The position numbers and the translations under genes were made by a program. 64,000 nt of DNA from contig JANRLW010000069.1 in assembly GCA_033762295.1 (NCBI GenBank), positions 64,001-128,000 of the forward strand. The letters run 5' to 3'. Under the pieces are notes generated by a model that worked only from the letters and a program-made list of their open reading frames with translations, searched no databases and was not told where the DNA came from. Below are positions 9,560 through 19,690 of this stretch, piece by piece (the stretch's first letter is position 1; each line of letters starts with the position of its first letter). This stretch comes from Capsulimonadales bacterium (lineage in GTDB: Bacteria > Armatimonadota > Armatimonadia > Armatimonadales > Armatimonadaceae).

Positions 9560-11254
9560 CTATTTCTTCGACTTGACCGGGATATACCCCTTGTCCTTCT
9601 CGCCGTCCTTATCCTTGAGCGGTTTGAACTCGTCCTTTTCCTTTTCGCCGACCGGCGGACGTTTGATCGTCGGCGGGAAGGCGTTGTACTGCCGCCAGAG
9701 TTCGAAGCCGAGCGGAACCGTATCGAGCATAATCCAGCCCGTCGCTTCCGCGCCCGGACGAAGCCGGTCGAGCGTAGGCCAGGCGTCATCCTGCTTTTGA
9801 CCGATACGATCGCGATCCGGGCGAACGATCACGCGATACCGGGCGGTGCCATCGTCCACCGCATCGATCACCGACACTTTTCCGCCGAACGTTCCTACCG
9901 CGACGGCCGGGAACCCGGCAAACTGAAGGGCCGGCCATCCGGCGAACTGCAGCCGTACCGGTCTGCCTTCCGAAAGCAGGGGGACGTCGTTATCGGAGAC
10001 CATTAGCTCGACCGCGATATCCTCGGTGTCGGGAACGAGCACCGCCAGAATATCTCCGGCTTTCACCGTCTCGCCTGCCCCGACTTTGAGAAGCCGAACC
10101 ACCCGGCCGTCGCGCGGCGCGCGGACGACCTGCTGCTGGTTGCGCTGGACGACGTTCTGTACGTCGACATCCAGCTTCAGTCGTTCGGCTTCGTTTTTGG
10201 CGAGCGACTCACGGGCCGATTCGAGCGACGCCGACAGCGAATTGATCGCCCCGGCGGTATCGGCCTCGATGCGGGTGCGATCGAAGACCGCGTTCGCCAC
10301 ATCGCCGCGAGCGACATCCAGGTTGTTGGTCGCCCGCTCGACCTCGGTCCGGACCCGTTCGATCTCGATATCGGTGCGTTTTTGGTCCAGGCTATTGACG
10401 TTCCGGTTTTTGCGTTCGATGTCCAGACTTTTTACCGCCCGTTCGACATCGGTGGTCTTTTTAATCAGATCGTTTTCCGCCAGTTCGTCGTCGCGCTTCG
10501 ACCGCAGACCGAGTTTGAACAGGTCGCGGACGCGTTCTCGCTGCAGTTGGGACGTTTCCAGATCCTGCCGGGCGAACCGGAGCGCTTGCTCCGCCTGAAC
10601 GATCCGGTCGTCCGCCTGCCGCAGACGCTCCCCGGCCGAGGCCTGGGCGACATCACGCGCGATCTGGGCGGATTTTTGAGCCGCAACCAGCGCCTGCGCG
10701 GCGGCTTTTTCCCGCTCCCGCGCCTGGGCGATCCGCTGAACGGCGGCGGACAGGGCCGCCTGACGGGAGGCGTTCAGACGTTGACGTTGCTTTTCCATCT
10801 GGGCGATCCTGCCCAGAATCCGGGTTTTCTGCTGATCGAGGGAGGCCTGTTGATTGCGAAGACGCGCCACCTGGTTCCTGTCCAGAAACTTGGAATCAAT
10901 ATCCTCCAGACGGGCGATCACCTCTCCCTTACGGATGACCTGCCCCTCCTGGACGTTCCATTCGACCAGGCGGCCCGGAATCTGCGCTTCCAGATTTTGC
11001 GGTCGGTCCATGGCCGAATAGACGAATACCTGGCCATGTCCGACGATGGTCTGCTGATAAGGGACGAAAATCAGACAGATCGCCACCAGGAGAACCACCG
11101 TGGTCAGCACGAAAGCGATCCGTGGGCCACTTTTTTTCGGGGCCACGATCTGGAGCGAACGGGATGTCATCGGCCCGTGGTCCGGGGTCACCGTTTGGCG
11201 ATAGGCCGGCGAGACGGGGGAATAGGTCGTTTCCTTTTCCGCAATCAGACTCAT
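9560..11254 (-). CDS. HlyD-family membrane fusion protein
   Basis: N-terminal TM, lipoyl half-motifs (IPGRLVEWNVQEGQ; RAPRDGRV), long coiled coil, VRLQFAGWPALQF; ATGA overlap with the ABC gene. Confidence 0.9.
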   Translation of the reverse strand: MSLIAEKETTYSPVSPAYRQTVTPDHGPMTSRSLQIVAPKKSGPRIAFVLTTVVLLVAICLIFVPYQQTIVGHGQVFVYSAMDRPQNLEAQIPGRLVEWNVQEGQVIRKGEVIARLEDIDSKFLDRNQVARLRNQQASLDQQKTRILGRIAQMEKQRQRLNASRQAALSAAVQRIAQAREREKAAAQALVAAQKSAQIARDVAQASAGERLRQADDRIVQAEQALRFARQDLETSQLQRERVRDLFKLGLRSKRDDELAENDLIKKTTDVERAVKSLDIERKNRNVNSLDQKRTDIEIERVRTEVERATNNLDVARGDVANAVFDRTRIEADTAGAINSLSASLESARESLAKNEAERLKLDVDVQNVVQRNQQQVVRAPRDGRVVRLLKVGAGETVKAGDILAVLVPDTEDIAVELMVSDNDVPLLSEGRPVRLQFAGWPALQFAGFPAVAVGTFGGKVSVIDAVDDGTARYRVIVRPDRDRIGQKQDDAWPTLDRLRPGAEATGWIMLDTVPLGFELWRQYNAFPPTIKRPPVGEKEKDEFKPLKDKDGEKDKGYIPVKSKK

Positions 11255-13167
11255 TTGGTTGCCTCCTTAACCCGTCGTGCGCTGTCGTCCGAACGGGAAT
11301 GTCCTTCGGAGCCACCTGCGGTCGCCCGGCCGGTCGCGGGCATCGGCTCCTCGAAGTTACGCAGTGTGCGGCCGAGGGTGGGGAAGAGACAGCAGAACCG
11401 GCTGTCGCGTTTGAGCGCCAGTTCCATCGGTGCGCCCTCTTCGACTACCCGACCTTCGCTCAGGATGAGAACGCGACTGCACCGGGCGACCGTCTCCGGG
11501 TTATGCGACACCGCAAAAATGGTCCAGCCCATCGCCGGATCGAACAGCGCATCCCGAATTTCGTTCGCCGTCGCCTCCTCCACCGCGTTGAAAGCCTCGT
11601 CGAGGATCAGGACGCGCGGTTTGCCGACAATCGCGCGGGCGATCAGAATCCGCTGGGCCTGTCCGTGGGAGATGTTCTGACCGCCGCTGACGAGCATCGT
11701 CTGCGTCCCCTGAGGCATTCGCGAAAGGTCGGGCGTCATCTGGGCCTGTCCGAGCGCCTCGCGAACGTCGGTAGGCGTAACCTCCGTCCGACCGATGGTG
11801 ACGTTGTCCGTGATGGTGCCGTCGAAGATATCCGTTTCCGTGCCGACCCGGCTGACCGTCCGACGTAGGCTGGTCAGATTCCATTCGCGTATATCCGACT
11901 CGTCGATGGCGACGATCCCCTTCGACGGTTCCTCCAGTCCGCACAGTAGGGAAGTAATCGTCGTCTTGCCGGAACCGCTCGTTCCGACCAGACAGACTCG
12001 CTCGCCGGGGGCCACCTCAAAAGAAACATCGGTAAGGATCTCCATGCCCGGCTGGTAGGAGAAGCAGACATCCTGCAGGCGGATGGAGGCGCCGGTGATT
12101 CCGGTTTCCGAAGCGGGAACCATCCCGATCAACGGGTTGCCGTTGGTACGCTCGGTGGCAAGGTCCAGGACATGCCCGATCTTGTCCAGACCGGTGAGCA
12201 GGTCAAAGACCTGATCGATCTGGCGAATGATCTTTTCCAGCGCGGCCAGCAGAGAAACGACGACGATCTGCGCCGCGACCAGCTGTCCGAGGGTCAACTC
12301 GCGGTTGATCACAAGCCAGCCTCCGGCGGCCAGAATTCCCGCACTGGCAACCGCCTGAAAAAGGTAATACCCGGCCGACTGGCGTACGAGGACCGAAAAA
12401 TGGCTGTTACGCGCCTTGATGTAACGCAGGATCAGGTCATCGGCACGGGAGACCAGGTAGTCGGCGTTGCCGTGCAGTTTGAAGCTGGCATGGCAGCGGG
12501 CGATCTCCTCCAGCCAGTCGGCCACGTGATACTTCTCCTTGGACTCCTTGATGCTCGTTCGCAATCCCCCCCAGCCCAGAACGCCGAAGATGATCGCCAT
12601 ACAGAGAAGCAGGAGAATGTCAAAGCCGAACAGGAGCGGATTGTAGACGGCGAGCAGGATGAGACCGACACCCGCCTGAAGAAGCGCCGCAAGACCATCG
12701 AAGAGGAGCTTGGACAGCGCCTTCTGGACGGTCAGAATGTCGAAGAAGCGGTTGACCAGTTCGGGCGCGTATTCATCGCGCAGGGCGGCGGAACGAACCC
12801 GTAACAGGTGATAGGCCATCTCCAGGGATGTCCGCGCAAATACCCGTTGCTGAAGCACCTCCACCAGGCGCATTTTCGCAACCTGAAGCAGACCGACGAG
12901 CAGCAGGCTGCCCAGAACGAGCAGACTCAGGACCACCAGAGGCTGGGCGAAAACATTGGCGGCGATGATATTGACCAGCGCCTGTGCGGTCAGCGGAACG
13001 ATCAGCGCGAGCAGACCGGCGACGACCGTATAGACGATCAAAACGGTCAGATCGTTTTTCTCCAACCGACCAAGCTTCGAAAGACGGGCCACCGGGGTGG
13101 CGTGAGGTGTGTGGTCGCCGGCGTGTCCGGAAGCGGAACCTGAATGGGAATGTGTTGTGTTCGCCAT
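11251..13167 (-). CDS. Type I secretion/export ABC transporter (fused TMD + NBD)
   Basis: TMD with ELVNRFFD and LTLGQLVAAQ; Walker A GTSGSGKT, signature ISHGQ, Walker B LILDE; start trimmed to ATG 13167. Confidence 0.9.
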   Translation of the reverse strand: MANTTHSHSGSASGHAGDHTPHATPVARLSKLGRLEKNDLTVLIVYTVVAGLLALIVPLTAQALVNIIAANVFAQPLVVLSLLVLGSLLLVGLLQVAKMRLVEVLQQRVFARTSLEMAYHLLRVRSAALRDEYAPELVNRFFDILTVQKALSKLLFDGLAALLQAGVGLILLAVYNPLLFGFDILLLLCMAIIFGVLGWGGLRTSIKESKEKYHVADWLEEIARCHASFKLHGNADYLVSRADDLILRYIKARNSHFSVLVRQSAGYYLFQAVASAGILAAGGWLVINRELTLGQLVAAQIVVVSLLAALEKIIRQIDQVFDLLTGLDKIGHVLDLATERTNGNPLIGMVPASETGITGASIRLQDVCFSYQPGMEILTDVSFEVAPGERVCLVGTSGSGKTTITSLLCGLEEPSKGIVAIDESDIREWNLTSLRRTVSRVGTETDIFDGTITDNVTIGRTEVTPTDVREALGQAQMTPDLSRMPQGTQTMLVSGGQNISHGQAQRILIARAIVGKPRVLILDEAFNAVEEATANEIRDALFDPAMGWTIFAVSHNPETVARCSRVLILSEGRVVEEGAPMELALKRDSRFCCLFPTLGRTLRNFEEPMPATGRATAGGSEGHSRSDDSARRVKEATK

Positions 13168-13178
13168 GGTACGTCCTT

Positions 13179-14585
13179 CTATAATTGCATCGTGGCGGCG
13201 CGGAAGGCGGCCACCGCCTGCTGATACTCCGCCTGAACATCGATCAAGCGCTGTCGGGCTTCTGCCGTCGCCCGTTCTCGCTGGTTGACCAGAAACAGAG
13301 TGCCTTCGCCCAGATCGAACCGCTGTCGTTCCGCCTCCTCCAGGCGGACGGCCAGAGCCACTTCCTGTTCGGCGATGACGATGCGCTGTCGGGCGGTGTC
13401 GACGGCGTTGGCGGCATCTCGCACCTCCACCTGAATCCGGCCCAGCAGCAAGGTTTCCTCCTGACGCAGTTTCTCCTGTTTGAATCGAGCTTCGGTCCGA
13501 CGTCCGGTCGCCTCCCGCAGATACAGCGGTACGGAGAAGACCAGGCCCCATTTAAACGTTTCACCGATGGCTTTGGTGCCCGAATCGAGTCCCGGATTGA
13601 ACACGAGATCCAGCGCCGGCTGTCGATCATTTTCGGCCAGCGCTTCGTCAACCCGTACGCTCTGCTGCTGCAGACGGACCACCTGCACCTCGGGACGAAG
13701 GCTGACGGCGCGGTTGCCGCCCGCTTCCACCGCTTCCGGTGGGATATCCGTGGTGGTCGGAAAGGTGGCGGGCGTTTGATCGGCGGGCGGCAGACGGTTC
13801 GTCCCTTCGCCCCACAGGTAAAGAGCGAGTTTGAACGCCGCTTTCTGGCGGTCGCGCTCGGCCTTGACCAGAGCGCCCTGTCGCCGCGCGACCTCCTGGT
13901 TCGCCTCGATCGTATCCACCTCCGGCAGGTCGCCGCGTTCGAAACGCGCTTTGATCTGGGCCGCCCGGACCTCGGCGATCCGCAGGAGATCCGAAGCGAC
14001 CGTCGCCTTCTGACCGGCGGCAACCCAGTCCCAGTAAGCGAGAGCCGCCTCCCGCAAGACATCGAGGCGGACGGTCGCGAAATTCTGCACCGAGAGAGGC
14101 TCGCCCAGAAGCGCCTGCTGTTCCTGCGCCGATTTATCGTTGATGCCGAAACCGCGCCGAAGCGGAGCTTTGATCCCGAGATTCCATTCGCCGGTGTTCC
14201 CGGTGGACGATACGGGCGATTTGGGACTGCCCAGATTCAGACGGGTGGCGGCAAATACCTTGACACCGGAGCGAAAAGGCAGTTCCAACCCGACGTCGTT
14301 CATCGAAGTGGTCAATGCCTTTCCCCGGGTCGACGTACTATTGTAGCGCAGGTATTCATGGCCGGCGAAAAAGACCGGATCGAACGCGCCCTGCTTGGAG
14401 ATCCTTTTGCCGGTTGCTGCCGCAATCTCCGCCTGACTTCCCCGCAGTTTGGGGTGGTTCGCCTCCGCCTGTTGCAGCACTTCCTCCAGTGTAAGGGATT
14501 GCGCAGACGCTCCGGAAATCGAAATTACAGGTACCAGACAAGAGATAATAACAGTAAAAAGACAGCTATTTTTCGACGTTCTCAT
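13179..14585 (-). CDS. TolC-family outer membrane efflux protein
   Basis: Signal peptide, LTLEEVLQQAEANHP, two helical repeats, RFDLGEGTLFLVNQRE; start probably 14585. Confidence 0.88.
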   Translation of the reverse strand: MRTSKNSCLFTVIISCLVPVISISGASAQSLTLEEVLQQAEANHPKLRGSQAEIAAATGKRISKQGAFDPVFFAGHEYLRYNSTSTRGKALTTSMNDVGLELPFRSGVKVFAATRLNLGSPKSPVSSTGNTGEWNLGIKAPLRRGFGINDKSAQEQQALLGEPLSVQNFATVRLDVLREAALAYWDWVAAGQKATVASDLLRIAEVRAAQIKARFERGDLPEVDTIEANQEVARRQGALVKAERDRQKAAFKLALYLWGEGTNRLPPADQTPATFPTTTDIPPEAVEAGGNRAVSLRPEVQVVRLQQQSVRVDEALAENDRQPALDLVFNPGLDSGTKAIGETFKWGLVFSVPLYLREATGRRTEARFKQEKLRQEETLLLGRIQVEVRDAANAVDTARQRIVIAEQEVALAVRLEEAERQRFDLGEGTLFLVNQRERATAEARQRLIDVQAEYQQAVAAFRAATMQL

Positions 14586-14608
14586 AGTTTCCAAAGACCG
14601 GGACGACC

Positions 14609-14956
14609 TCACCGTCGAAAGAGATTCAGCAGGTCGTTGACGGTACAATGCGCCTCCAGGGAGTGGCGAAGCGGGACATCCCCGTGAATCGCGTAGTGAT
14701 TGCGCCGACCGTCCTTCTGTCGTGAGACGATACCGGAGTCTTCCAGTTCGGCCAGAATCCGCTGTACCGCTCGTTCGGTGATTCCTACCCTTTCGGCGAT
14801 ATCCCGGACGCGACTGTCCGGGTCATCCGCCAGGCAGACCAGGACATGGGAATGATTGGTGAGGAGCGTCCACGCTCCGGACACCACGGTTTCCGTTATG
14901 ATCGGTTCCCGGTGGCGTACCGCTCCATTACTTTCGCTGTCGCCCCATCGTGTCAT
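14609..14956 (-). CDS. Winged helix-turn-helix transcriptional regulator (ArsR/AsnC-like)
   Basis: WTLLTNHSHVLVCL..DPDSRVRDIAERVGITERAVQRILAELE..GRRNHY; SD GGAGG upstream. Confidence 0.88.
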   Translation of the reverse strand: MTRWGDSESNGAVRHREPIITETVVSGAWTLLTNHSHVLVCLADDPDSRVRDIAERVGITERAVQRILAELEDSGIVSRQKDGRRNHYAIHGDVPLRHSLEAHCTVNDLLNLFRR

Positions 14957-14982
14957 GTTGAGCCTCCGAACTATTCAAACGC

Positions 14983-15026
14983 AAAATACAAGAAAATAGT
15001 TTCCGGTATTTTAATTCATGTATTTT
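14983..15026. promoter_or_regulatory. Candidate operator (three half-sites) upstream of the wHTH gene
   Basis: AAAATACAAGAA (14983-14994), TTCCGGTATTTT (15001-15012), TTCATGTATTTT (15015-15026) in an AT-rich patch. Confidence 0.55.
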
Positions 15027-15124
15027 ATGTCGGCAAATGGTTCGGAAAAACAAACAATTGTGGGGTGTGCCGAACGGACGGGAGACGAGGAAGGCGCCGG
15101 CACGCGTCCCTTCGAAGCGCGTGT

Positions 15125-16609
15125 CTATTCGAAGACGGTTTCCGGATGGTCGGCCCGGTGACCCAGGGCGTCGTAGGTGGCGTACTTGTAAACCTCCGAC
15201 AGGGTCGGATAGTTGAAACAGGTCCGAATAAACAGTTCGGCGTCGGCGTCGGCCAGCATCGCGGTCAGCCCGATATGAATCAGTTCGGTGGCGGATTCGC
15301 CGATGATATGCGTGCCGATCAACTTCATGTCCGAACGCCGGAACACGAGTTTGAGAAAACCGAACTCGTCGCCGATGATTTCACCGCGCGCGTTCTGGGC
15401 GAAACTCGCCCTGCCGACGACAATATCGATTCCCTGAGCACGGGCATCCTCCTCGGTGATGCCGGCGACGGATACTTCCGGTATGGTGTAGATGCCGTAC
15501 GGAAGGATCGGAGCCATCTCCTGCTTGTAACGAAGATCGAACGCATGGCACATCGCCAGACGGCCCTGCTCCATACTGGCTGAGGCGAGGGCGGGGAATC
15601 CGATGACATCCCCGGCGGCATAAATGTGCGGCACCACGGTACGAAAATGCTCGTCGACCACGATCTGCCCACGCGCGTTGAGCGGAATCCCGATCGCGCC
15701 CAGGTTCAACTCCTCGGTATTGCCGCTTCTACCGGAGGCGACCAGAATGGTTTCGACCGGCAGTACGGCTCCGGAGGCGAGTCGCGCCCGGTAGGAAGCG
15801 TCGTTCTCCTCCGTAATCACCTCGGTGACGCTGTCCTGCATCCGAAAAACGATTCCGAGAGCCTCCATTCGCTGTTTCAGCCGTTCCGAGACTTCATCGT
15901 CCAGAAAGGAAAGGATCTGGTGGCGCGATTCGATCAGGGTCACTTGAACGCCGAGGGCCGCAAAGATACAGGCGTACTCGCAACCGATCACACCTCCTCC
16001 GGCCACCAGCATCGAGGAGGGAAAGGTATCCAGATGGAGAATCTCATCGGAATCGTAGACGCCCTGATCGTCGAACGGGTAGATCGGGGGGCGGTACGGC
16101 CGGCTGCCGGTCGCGATCAGGAAGCGGTCGGCCTGCAACGTCGTCGGTACCGGGCCGTCCACAGCGACGGTATGCGGGTCGACGAACCGGCCGATCCCAC
16201 GGTAGATATCGATGCGATGCCGCTCGAAGTTACGGCGGATTCGCTCCCGCTCGCCTTCCTTTACCAGTCGTTCCCGGTGCAGGAAATCCTGGACGGTGGC
16301 TCGGTCCCGAAGGTTCGCCTCGATGCCGTACAGTCCGCGCTGCCGAAATCCGGACAGGTAGAGCGCGGTTTCACGGAGGGTCTTTGAAGGAAGCGTCCCG
16401 GTATTGGCCGCCGCGCCGCCGAAGTACGGCTCCTTCTCGATGACCGCCACGCGTTTTCCGAAGTAGGCCGCCTGGGCCGCTCCCTTTTCACCGGCCGGTC
16501 CGGAGCCGATCACGACCAGATCGTAATGGCGCGGCGTCTCGCCGGAGGCATTCGAACCGGCGTCCGAAGTCGGCATTCGAGCGGTTTCCATGAGGGCAGA
16601 TTCCGTCAT
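15125..16609 (-). CDS. sthA: Soluble pyridine nucleotide transhydrogenase
   Basis: YDLVVIGSGPAGEKGA, NTGTLPSKTLRE (no redox CxxxxC), GGGVIGCEYA, GIYTIPE, FNYPTLSE; start 16609 or 16591. Confidence 0.9.
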   Translation of the reverse strand: MTESALMETARMPTSDAGSNASGETPRHYDLVVIGSGPAGEKGAAQAAYFGKRVAVIEKEPYFGGAAANTGTLPSKTLRETALYLSGFRQRGLYGIEANLRDRATVQDFLHRERLVKEGERERIRRNFERHRIDIYRGIGRFVDPHTVAVDGPVPTTLQADRFLIATGSRPYRPPIYPFDDQGVYDSDEILHLDTFPSSMLVAGGGVIGCEYACIFAALGVQVTLIESRHQILSFLDDEVSERLKQRMEALGIVFRMQDSVTEVITEENDASYRARLASGAVLPVETILVASGRSGNTEELNLGAIGIPLNARGQIVVDEHFRTVVPHIYAAGDVIGFPALASASMEQGRLAMCHAFDLRYKQEMAPILPYGIYTIPEVSVAGITEEDARAQGIDIVVGRASFAQNARGEIIGDEFGFLKLVFRRSDMKLIGTHIIGESATELIHIGLTAMLADADAELFIRTCFNYPTLSEVYKYATYDALGHRADHPETVFE

Positions 16610-16628
16610 CGCCGGAAGGAATTCCTGC

Positions 16629-17174
16629 CTAGCGCCCCTGACGCCGCCGTTTGCGGCGGAACCACCGGCGGGGCCAGCGGGAAACGACGATATCCGCGCC
16701 GATATGGAGCGCCGTTCCCAGAAAGATACCGAGAGCCGCCATCTGCACGTGCCAGGGATAGTTCTGCCAGAGACCGACGAGCGAATCGGCATACTGACGG
16801 CTGATACCGTTCCGGTCGAATTTCAGAAAGTAGGAAGCGATCCAGGTCATGATGCGGAAGGACGCCCAGACCACGGCGACGAAATACAGCAGCCGCAATG
16901 CCGGACCCAGCACGAACGAATGGGACAGAATCGAGCGATGGGGCATCAGTTTCTGGTACGGCCACCAGAGGATGCGGAAGGGGCCCCAGCGACGGTAAAC
17001 CGACGAATCGAGGTCGAGGTCCGGCGAAAGAAAAAATCCGGAGAAAAGCGTCGCCGCTGTCAGCGTCACGGCGCCCAGGGGGTCCGGAGGCGACGGAGCG
17101 AGCAGGAAGTAGGCCGGGAGCGCGACAATCGCGCCCACCACGGTGATGCGGTCATGCACTTTGCCGCTGGGCAT
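16629..17174 (-). CDS. Putative metal-binding membrane protein (DUF2227-like)
   Basis: MPSGKVHDRIT, LSPDLD, WWPYQKLMPHRSILSH, LHIGAD motifs. Confidence 0.8.
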   Translation of the reverse strand: MPSGKVHDRITVVGAIVALPAYFLLAPSPPDPLGAVTLTAATLFSGFFLSPDLDLDSSVYRRWGPFRILWWPYQKLMPHRSILSHSFVLGPALRLLYFVAVVWASFRIMTWIASYFLKFDRNGISRQYADSLVGLWQNYPWHVQMAALGIFLGTALHIGADIVVSRWPRRWFRRKRRRQGR

Positions 17175-17218
17175 GCAAAAGCCTATCACGCCCCCCTCGA
17201 CCCCGCAAAACCGGACCG

Positions 17219-17254
17219 GATCAAATCGATCAAATCGATCAAACCGCTCAAACC
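17219..17254. repeat. Tandem 9-bp repeat, 4 copies (GATCAAAYC-like)
   Basis: gatcaaatc gatcaaatc gatcaaacc gctcaaacc. Confidence 0.85.
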
Positions 17255-17255
17255 A

Positions 17256-18698
17256 TCAGGCGGATCGGGCCGGATCGGCGGTTCCGGTGCGGCGCGCCCG
17301 GTCCGGTGACAGCGAACGGCGGCGGGCCGGACGTGACCGCGAGGAGCGAACGCCCGCGGCACGGTAGCTGTCGGTGTGCAGGTACTGCCGTGTCGTTTTG
17401 CCGTCTTCGTGATGGACCACCCGGTAGGTCACGACCGTAATGCCGCCCAGCGAGTTGCGGCGGGACGGGCCGGAAACGATCTCGATCCGTTCCTTGTTCT
17501 TCGGCTTTTCGCCGTACAGGTTGATCGTGAGACGGCGGTTGCGAGTCCGGGCCAGCACCATCACCGGACCGTCCGTCGTGTTGGCGAACCGGAAATCCAG
17601 TGAACCGTAAACGACCGTCGCATCCCGTCCCGGATCGACATACTGCACCTTGATCGAGTGGTTCTGTCGCTGCGTCACTTTGCAGTCGGTGCGCAACACG
17701 GCATTGTACAGGGTCGAGGCCACCTGACAGACCCCGCCGCCCACTCCGGGAACCACCTCGCCATCCTGAAACATCAGAGCGCTCCGCCAGCCGAACTCCC
17801 GCTCCCGGGGACCGACAATCCGGTTGTAGGAGAACTCCTCGCCCGGCGCGAGCATCGTACCGTTGATTTTGGCGGCGGCCAGCTCGACGTTGTGACTCCG
17901 TTCACCGTTCGACGAGGAGTAGGACGTGGTGAAGGACGCCAGAACGTTCCCCATGCGGCCCAGATCGGCGGCGGTCACTTTCGGCCGTTCCTCGCGAACG
18001 ACCAGGGTCACGGAAACGCCCTTTTTCAGGGCATCGACGCCATCTCTCAGAAGCGCCGCTCCGGTTGCCGCGCGATCGAGGGAGACGCCTTTGGTCTCCT
18101 TCCGGGTCAGCAGAATCTGCCCCGAATCCGAAATGCGCGCCCGGGCATCGACCGGCTTTCGATAAATGGCGTCGCCGATGCGCCGCAGTTGACGGTCGAG
18201 CGCCGCCTCGTTGAACCGGAACACCGGCGAAAAATCCTGATCGACGGGTTTGCCGCCGTCGCGGATCTTTTCCCACCAGGTCGCGTTCCGGCCGACGGCG
18301 GCGGCGCGTACGATCGCCTCCTGCAGGTCGTAACGCCCCCCGATTTCGGCCAGAGTGATATTCCATCGTCGTGCGGACTTCGGCGCGACAAAGGTGACCG
18401 GCACGGCCAGTTGACGGATCGCCCACGGACGCACCTGCTGTCGCGCTTCCTCGTGAGTTTTTCCCCCGACGTCAATCCCCGCGACCCGTACGCCGACGCG
18501 AAGCCGATCCGAAAGGGAAGCGTCCTCATAGGCGCGATATCGCTGATAGGCGACGGCCCCGCCGACGGCGAGCAGGGCGAGCAGGCCGAAAACCCCGACC
18601 CGCAGAAAGACCGTGCCGGCACCCGGCGGCGTGGCAGAGATCGCGCTTCGTTCGTTCGGAGTATCCGCAGTACCGTGAGACACAGCATGGCCCTTCAA
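17256..18698 (-). CDS. VanW family protein with PG-binding-4-like region
   Basis: TM anchor, GIDVGGKT, RSHNVELAA, PGEEFSYN, GGGVCQVASTLYNA, GRDATV..DFRFAN; exact start uncertain. Confidence 0.9.
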   Translation of the reverse strand: MKGHAVSHGTADTPNERSAISATPPGAGTVFLRVGVFGLLALLAVGGAVAYQRYRAYEDASLSDRLRVGVRVAGIDVGGKTHEEARQQVRPWAIRQLAVPVTFVAPKSARRWNITLAEIGGRYDLQEAIVRAAAVGRNATWWEKIRDGGKPVDQDFSPVFRFNEAALDRQLRRIGDAIYRKPVDARARISDSGQILLTRKETKGVSLDRAATGAALLRDGVDALKKGVSVTLVVREERPKVTAADLGRMGNVLASFTTSYSSSNGERSHNVELAAAKINGTMLAPGEEFSYNRIVGPREREFGWRSALMFQDGEVVPGVGGGVCQVASTLYNAVLRTDCKVTQRQNHSIKVQYVDPGRDATVVYGSLDFRFANTTDGPVMVLARTRNRRLTINLYGEKPKNKERIEIVSGPSRRNSLGGITVVTYRVVHHEDGKTTRQYLHTDSYRAAGVRSSRSRPARRRSLSPDRARRTGTADPARSA

Positions 18699-18781
18699 TC
18701 GATTTTTTTGCAGGAAATTTACGACTGATTATACGGCAACGGGATATGATTTGCCCTTATTCGTAAACGAAATCACGTGAA

Positions 18782-19528
18782 TTACAGCACAGCGTTAATG
18801 TCGTCCGGGTCCCAGTCCTCCGGACCGGACGGGAGTCGGGACGGGCTGGCGCCCTGTTCCAGAAGCGCGATTCGCTGATGAAGGCGCTCGATTTCCCCCA
18901 GAAGACGCTGAATCATTTCCCCCTCCGGGTCCGCGCCGGTCAGGGTTTCATCCACGATCGCCGGCGCGGGACGGACCGGCGGACGGGGAAGGGTGCGTCG
19001 GACTCCCGCCGCACTCTCTCCCGGTCGAAGGAACTTGGCCGGTACCCCCACGGCGATGTGGTCGGCAGGGACATCCTTGGTCACCACCGAGTTCACCCCG
19101 ATTTTGACGTTGTCCCCAACCGTTACCGCCCCCAGAACCTTTGCCCCCGCGCCAAGCAACACGTTATTGCCGACCGTCGGGTGGCGTTTGGTCTTTTCCA
19201 GGCTGGTACCGCCGAGCGTCACCTGATGGTACATCAACACGTCGTCGCCGATTTCCGCGGTCTCGCCGATCACGACTCCCATGCCGTGATCGATAAAGAG
19301 ACGTCGCCCGATACGTGCGCCCGGGTGGATCTCGATCCCGGTCACAAAACGATTCCATTGCGAAAGCGCCCGCGCCGGAAACAGGAGGCCGCGAACCCAG
19401 AGCCAGTGGGCGACGCGATGATACCAGACGGCCCAGAGGCCGGCATAGGTGAGCACTTCCCAGGCCGAACGCGCCGCCGGGTCCTTGCGTATCGCGTTTT
19501 CAACATCCTCACGGAGACGAGAGATCAT
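18782..19528 (-). CDS. cysE: Serine O-acetyltransferase
   Basis: [41 protein letters not shown]; start trimmed to ATG 19528. Confidence 0.95.
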   Translation of the reverse strand: MISRLREDVENAIRKDPAARSAWEVLTYAGLWAVWYHRVAHWLWVRGLLFPARALSQWNRFVTGIEIHPGARIGRRLFIDHGMGVVIGETAEIGDDVLMYHQVTLGGTSLEKTKRHPTVGNNVLLGAGAKVLGAVTVGDNVKIGVNSVVTKDVPADHIAVGVPAKFLRPGESAAGVRRTLPRPPVRPAPAIVDETLTGADPEGEMIQRLLGEIERLHQRIALLEQGASPSRLPSGPEDWDPDDINAVL

Positions 19529-19690
19529 GTTTCCCTTTAGTAACCGCAACATGGAGAGTGAACGGCCACCTTCCGATTTTACCCTGTGGCGCAGGACCGT
19601 CGCAATCGACCCTCTTCCGGCAAGGGTGAGCGCGAAACCGCGGAACCCGCCGATTCGACCGTACGTTAACCGGATGGAAATGAGGTTTCG

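Noticed and set aside
13168..13551. N-terminal extensions in the ORF track (ABC transporter; also sthA to 16792, cysE to 20002, fba to 31958, S41 paralog to 24255)
   Set aside because: They overlap neighbouring genes or promoters. Downstream starts fit family N-termini and, in several cases, SD positions better.
17219..17254. Short repeats as a CRISPR array
   Set aside because: The units are 9 bp, contiguous and spacer-free, and there are no cas genes in the window.
17256..18698. VanW gene as evidence of vancomycin resistance
   Set aside because: VanW-domain proteins are widespread cell-envelope proteins, and no vanHAX or vanRS genes are present.
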